Source: Polyangiales bacterium
Lineage (GTDB): Bacteria > Myxococcota_A > Polyangia > Polyangiales > Houyiibacteriaceae
Length of the DNA: 38,222 nucleotides
Direction: 5' to 3'
NCBI GenBank assembly: GCA_041581895.1
Contig: JBFICQ010000003.1
Span: 1 to 38,222, forward strand
The translations under genes and the position numbers were made by a program. The notes beneath the pieces were generated by a model. The model searched no databases and was not told where the DNA came from. It saw only the letters and a program-made list of their open reading frames with translations. Shown piece by piece: positions 36,770 to 38,222 of this stretch (positions within the stretch are counted from its first letter, which is position 1; the number at the start of each line of letters is the position of its first letter).

Positions 36770-37612
36770 GTGACCGGAAAAGTACACGGAATCGGGCTCG
36801 GGCTTCGCTACGACTTGGCGACGGAGCTTCTCGACCGACGTCCCCAAAGCGTTTCGTGGGTCGAGGTTCATCCCGAAAATTACGTCAACCGGGGTGGACG
36901 CTACGGGGAAATTCTCGATGTCGCGAGAAGAGATTGGCCGGTGGTCACCCACGGCCTTAGCACCTGCCTTGGCGCCCTCGAGCCGGTGGACGAGGCTTAC
37001 CTCGCCGACCTGCGCCTTTTCTTGAAGAACCTCGAGGTGCCGTGGCATAGCGAGCACCTCTGCATCGGGTCAGCGAACGCCCGCTTCTTTCACGATCTCT
37101 TGCCGCTGCCTTTCACCGATGAGGCCGTGGCTATGTCGGCGCAGCGCCTCTGCGAAATGCGAGACGCCCTCGATTTGCCGATCGCCCTCGAGAACGTCAG
37201 CTACTATGCACCCCAGGCTGACGATGGCTTGGATGAAGCCGACTTCGTGGTCGAGGTCCTCGAGCGAGCCGATGCGAAGCTCTTGCTGGACGTGAACAAC
37301 ATCTACGTGAATGCACGGAACTTCGGCTTCGATGCAGAGGCCTACATCGACCGAATGCCACGCGAGCGCGTGGTCCAGATCCACGTGGCTGGCCACTTGG
37401 TGAGGGACGATGGGCTTCGCATCGACACCCACGGCGAGGCGGTGCCAAACGATGTGTACCACTTGCTCGAGTACGCGCTACGAAAAGTAGGACCGGTGCC
37501 AGTGCTGCTCGAGCGCGACAACAACATCCCGGCTCTAGAGGAGCTCTTGGCTGAAATCGACGATCTTTGGGCGATCTACGAGCGCGCAACGGGTGAGCCG
37601 CGTGCTGGGTGA
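36770..37612 (+). CDS. DUF692 family multinuclear non-heme iron-dependent oxidative enzyme (MNIO; MbnB/TglH/ChrH/HvfB family)
   Basis: GIGLGLR, VEVHPENY, THGLS, SEHL, DLLPLPF, LENVSYY, LLLDVNNIYVN, QIHVAGH, IDTHG and LLERD. Start is GTG 36770 or ATG 36725. Confidence 0.93.
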   Translation: MTGKVHGIGLGLRYDLATELLDRRPQSVSWVEVHPENYVNRGGRYGEILDVARRDWPVVTHGLSTCLGALEPVDEAYLADLRLFLKNLEVPWHSEHLCIGSANARFFHDLLPLPFTDEAVAMSAQRLCEMRDALDLPIALENVSYYAPQADDGLDEADFVVEVLERADAKLLLDVNNIYVNARNFGFDAEAYIDRMPRERVVQIHVAGHLVRDDGLRIDTHGEAVPNDVYHLLEYALRKVGPVPVLLERDNNIPALEELLAEIDDLWAIYERATGEPRAG

Positions 37613-38222
37613 TCGAGCCAGCGCCATGCAGCGTGTCTGCTTCGACCTCGAGCCAAGTGAAGCCGATCTAGTTGCCTTGGGTTCGAGGGAACGCTGGCTT
37701 GTCTACAGAGATCTCGTGCGCAGCAAGCTGATCAACGTGGTCGGCGTTGCGTTGAGCCGCACAAAGCGGGTGGCGAGTGACGAAGCTTTCCAAGGCATAG
37801 TCGACCAATGGATGGCCACAGGGGGCCCCAAGACGCGGTACTTGCGTCACGTGCCACGCGAGCTGTTTGAATTTGCGATCCCGCGCTGGCAGGACCAGAA
37901 GCCTGCATGGCTCGCGGACTTGGCCCGTTACGAGATCACGGGATGGGACGTTCGGTACGCACCGCCGAATCGCGTCCCAACGTGTGACTTCGCGTTCGAT
38001 CGCGTCCCGGTGCTCAACCCGGCCTTACGCGTGTTGCGACTGTCATATCCCGTGCATCACACCCCTACCCCCGCCTCCGGATACGAAGAAGAGCCCAGTA
38101 TCCTCTGCATCTATCGCAACGAGCACCACAAGCCGGCTTCGTGGAAGCTAAACCCCCTTGCCGCCAGTCTGATCGAAGCATGGGCAAGGGCAGACAAGCC
38201 CGTCACCGAGACCGTTCACGAG
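37602..38222 (+). CDS. MNIO partner protein, HvfC/BufC/DUF2063-like (3'-truncated by window end)
   Basis: Absent from the ORF track because it has no stop in the window. Hand translation from GTG 37602 (or ATG 37626) is open to the end: ...RERWLVYRDLVRSKLINVV...FQGIVDQWM...WLADLARYE...PVLNPALRVLRLSYPVH...LCIYRN...WKLNPLAASLIE. Overlaps the DUF692 stop. Confidence 0.82.
   Translation, partial: MLGDRASAMQRVCFDLEPSEADLVALGSRERWLVYRDLVRSKLINVVGVALSRTKRVASDEAFQGIVDQWMATGGPKTRYLRHVPRELFEFAIPRWQDQKPAWLADLARYEITGWDVRYAPPNRVPTCDFAFDRVPVLNPALRVLRLSYPVHHTPTPASGYEEEPSILCIYRNEHHKPASWKLNPLAASLIEAWARADKPVTETVHE

Noticed and set aside
36461-37612. Calling the cluster methanobactin (mbnABC) or a classical bufferin
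   Set aside because: The precursor lacks an MbnA-type leader/core and the four-Cys bufferin pattern, and no MbnC, TonB receptor or ECF sigma gene is visible in the window.
1-38222. CRISPR arrays, tRNA/rRNA genes, IS elements, prophage or defence genes
   Set aside because: No regularly spaced repeats, cloverleaf-like segments, transposase/integrase motifs or long unexplained intergenic regions were seen by eye; the only repeats are low-complexity codon runs within genes.

Overview
GC-rich bacterial chromosomal window. It is most likely from a myxobacterium (Myxococcota/Polyangia), inferred from the Hanks-type Ser/Thr kinase, many Cys-rich lipoproteins and Gly-rich lipoprotein linkers. About 32 real CDSs are present, mostly housekeeping and envelope genes. 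In order: a CehA/McbA-like metallohydrolase lipoprotein; a hppA-pgi-ROK/ppgK-like cluster; fabD; a membrane protein-bolA-grxD-kinase run; a DUF58-transglutaminase-MoxR-TPR-VTT operon divergent from a GldA/F/G-like ABC + DUF4340 operon; DUF423; an orphan sucA; hsp20; a run of secreted lipoproteins around a catalytically dead rhomboid; rnr-deoA; and a gluzincin-type peptidase lipoprotein. The most interesting element is at the right end: a DUF692/MNIO RiPP cluster. It comprises a 76-aa precursor with a lipoprotein-type signal, an acidic Ala/Glu linker and two C-terminal E-[AG]-S-C-G repeats, then a double stem-loop/terminator, the MNIO enzyme, and an HvfC/DUF2063-like partner that is missing from the ORF track and runs off the window. 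This suggests a membrane-anchored, Cys-modified, probably metal-binding lipo-RiPP. No rRNA, tRNA, CRISPR array or mobile element was recognised. All family calls come from motif recognition by eye, not database searches.
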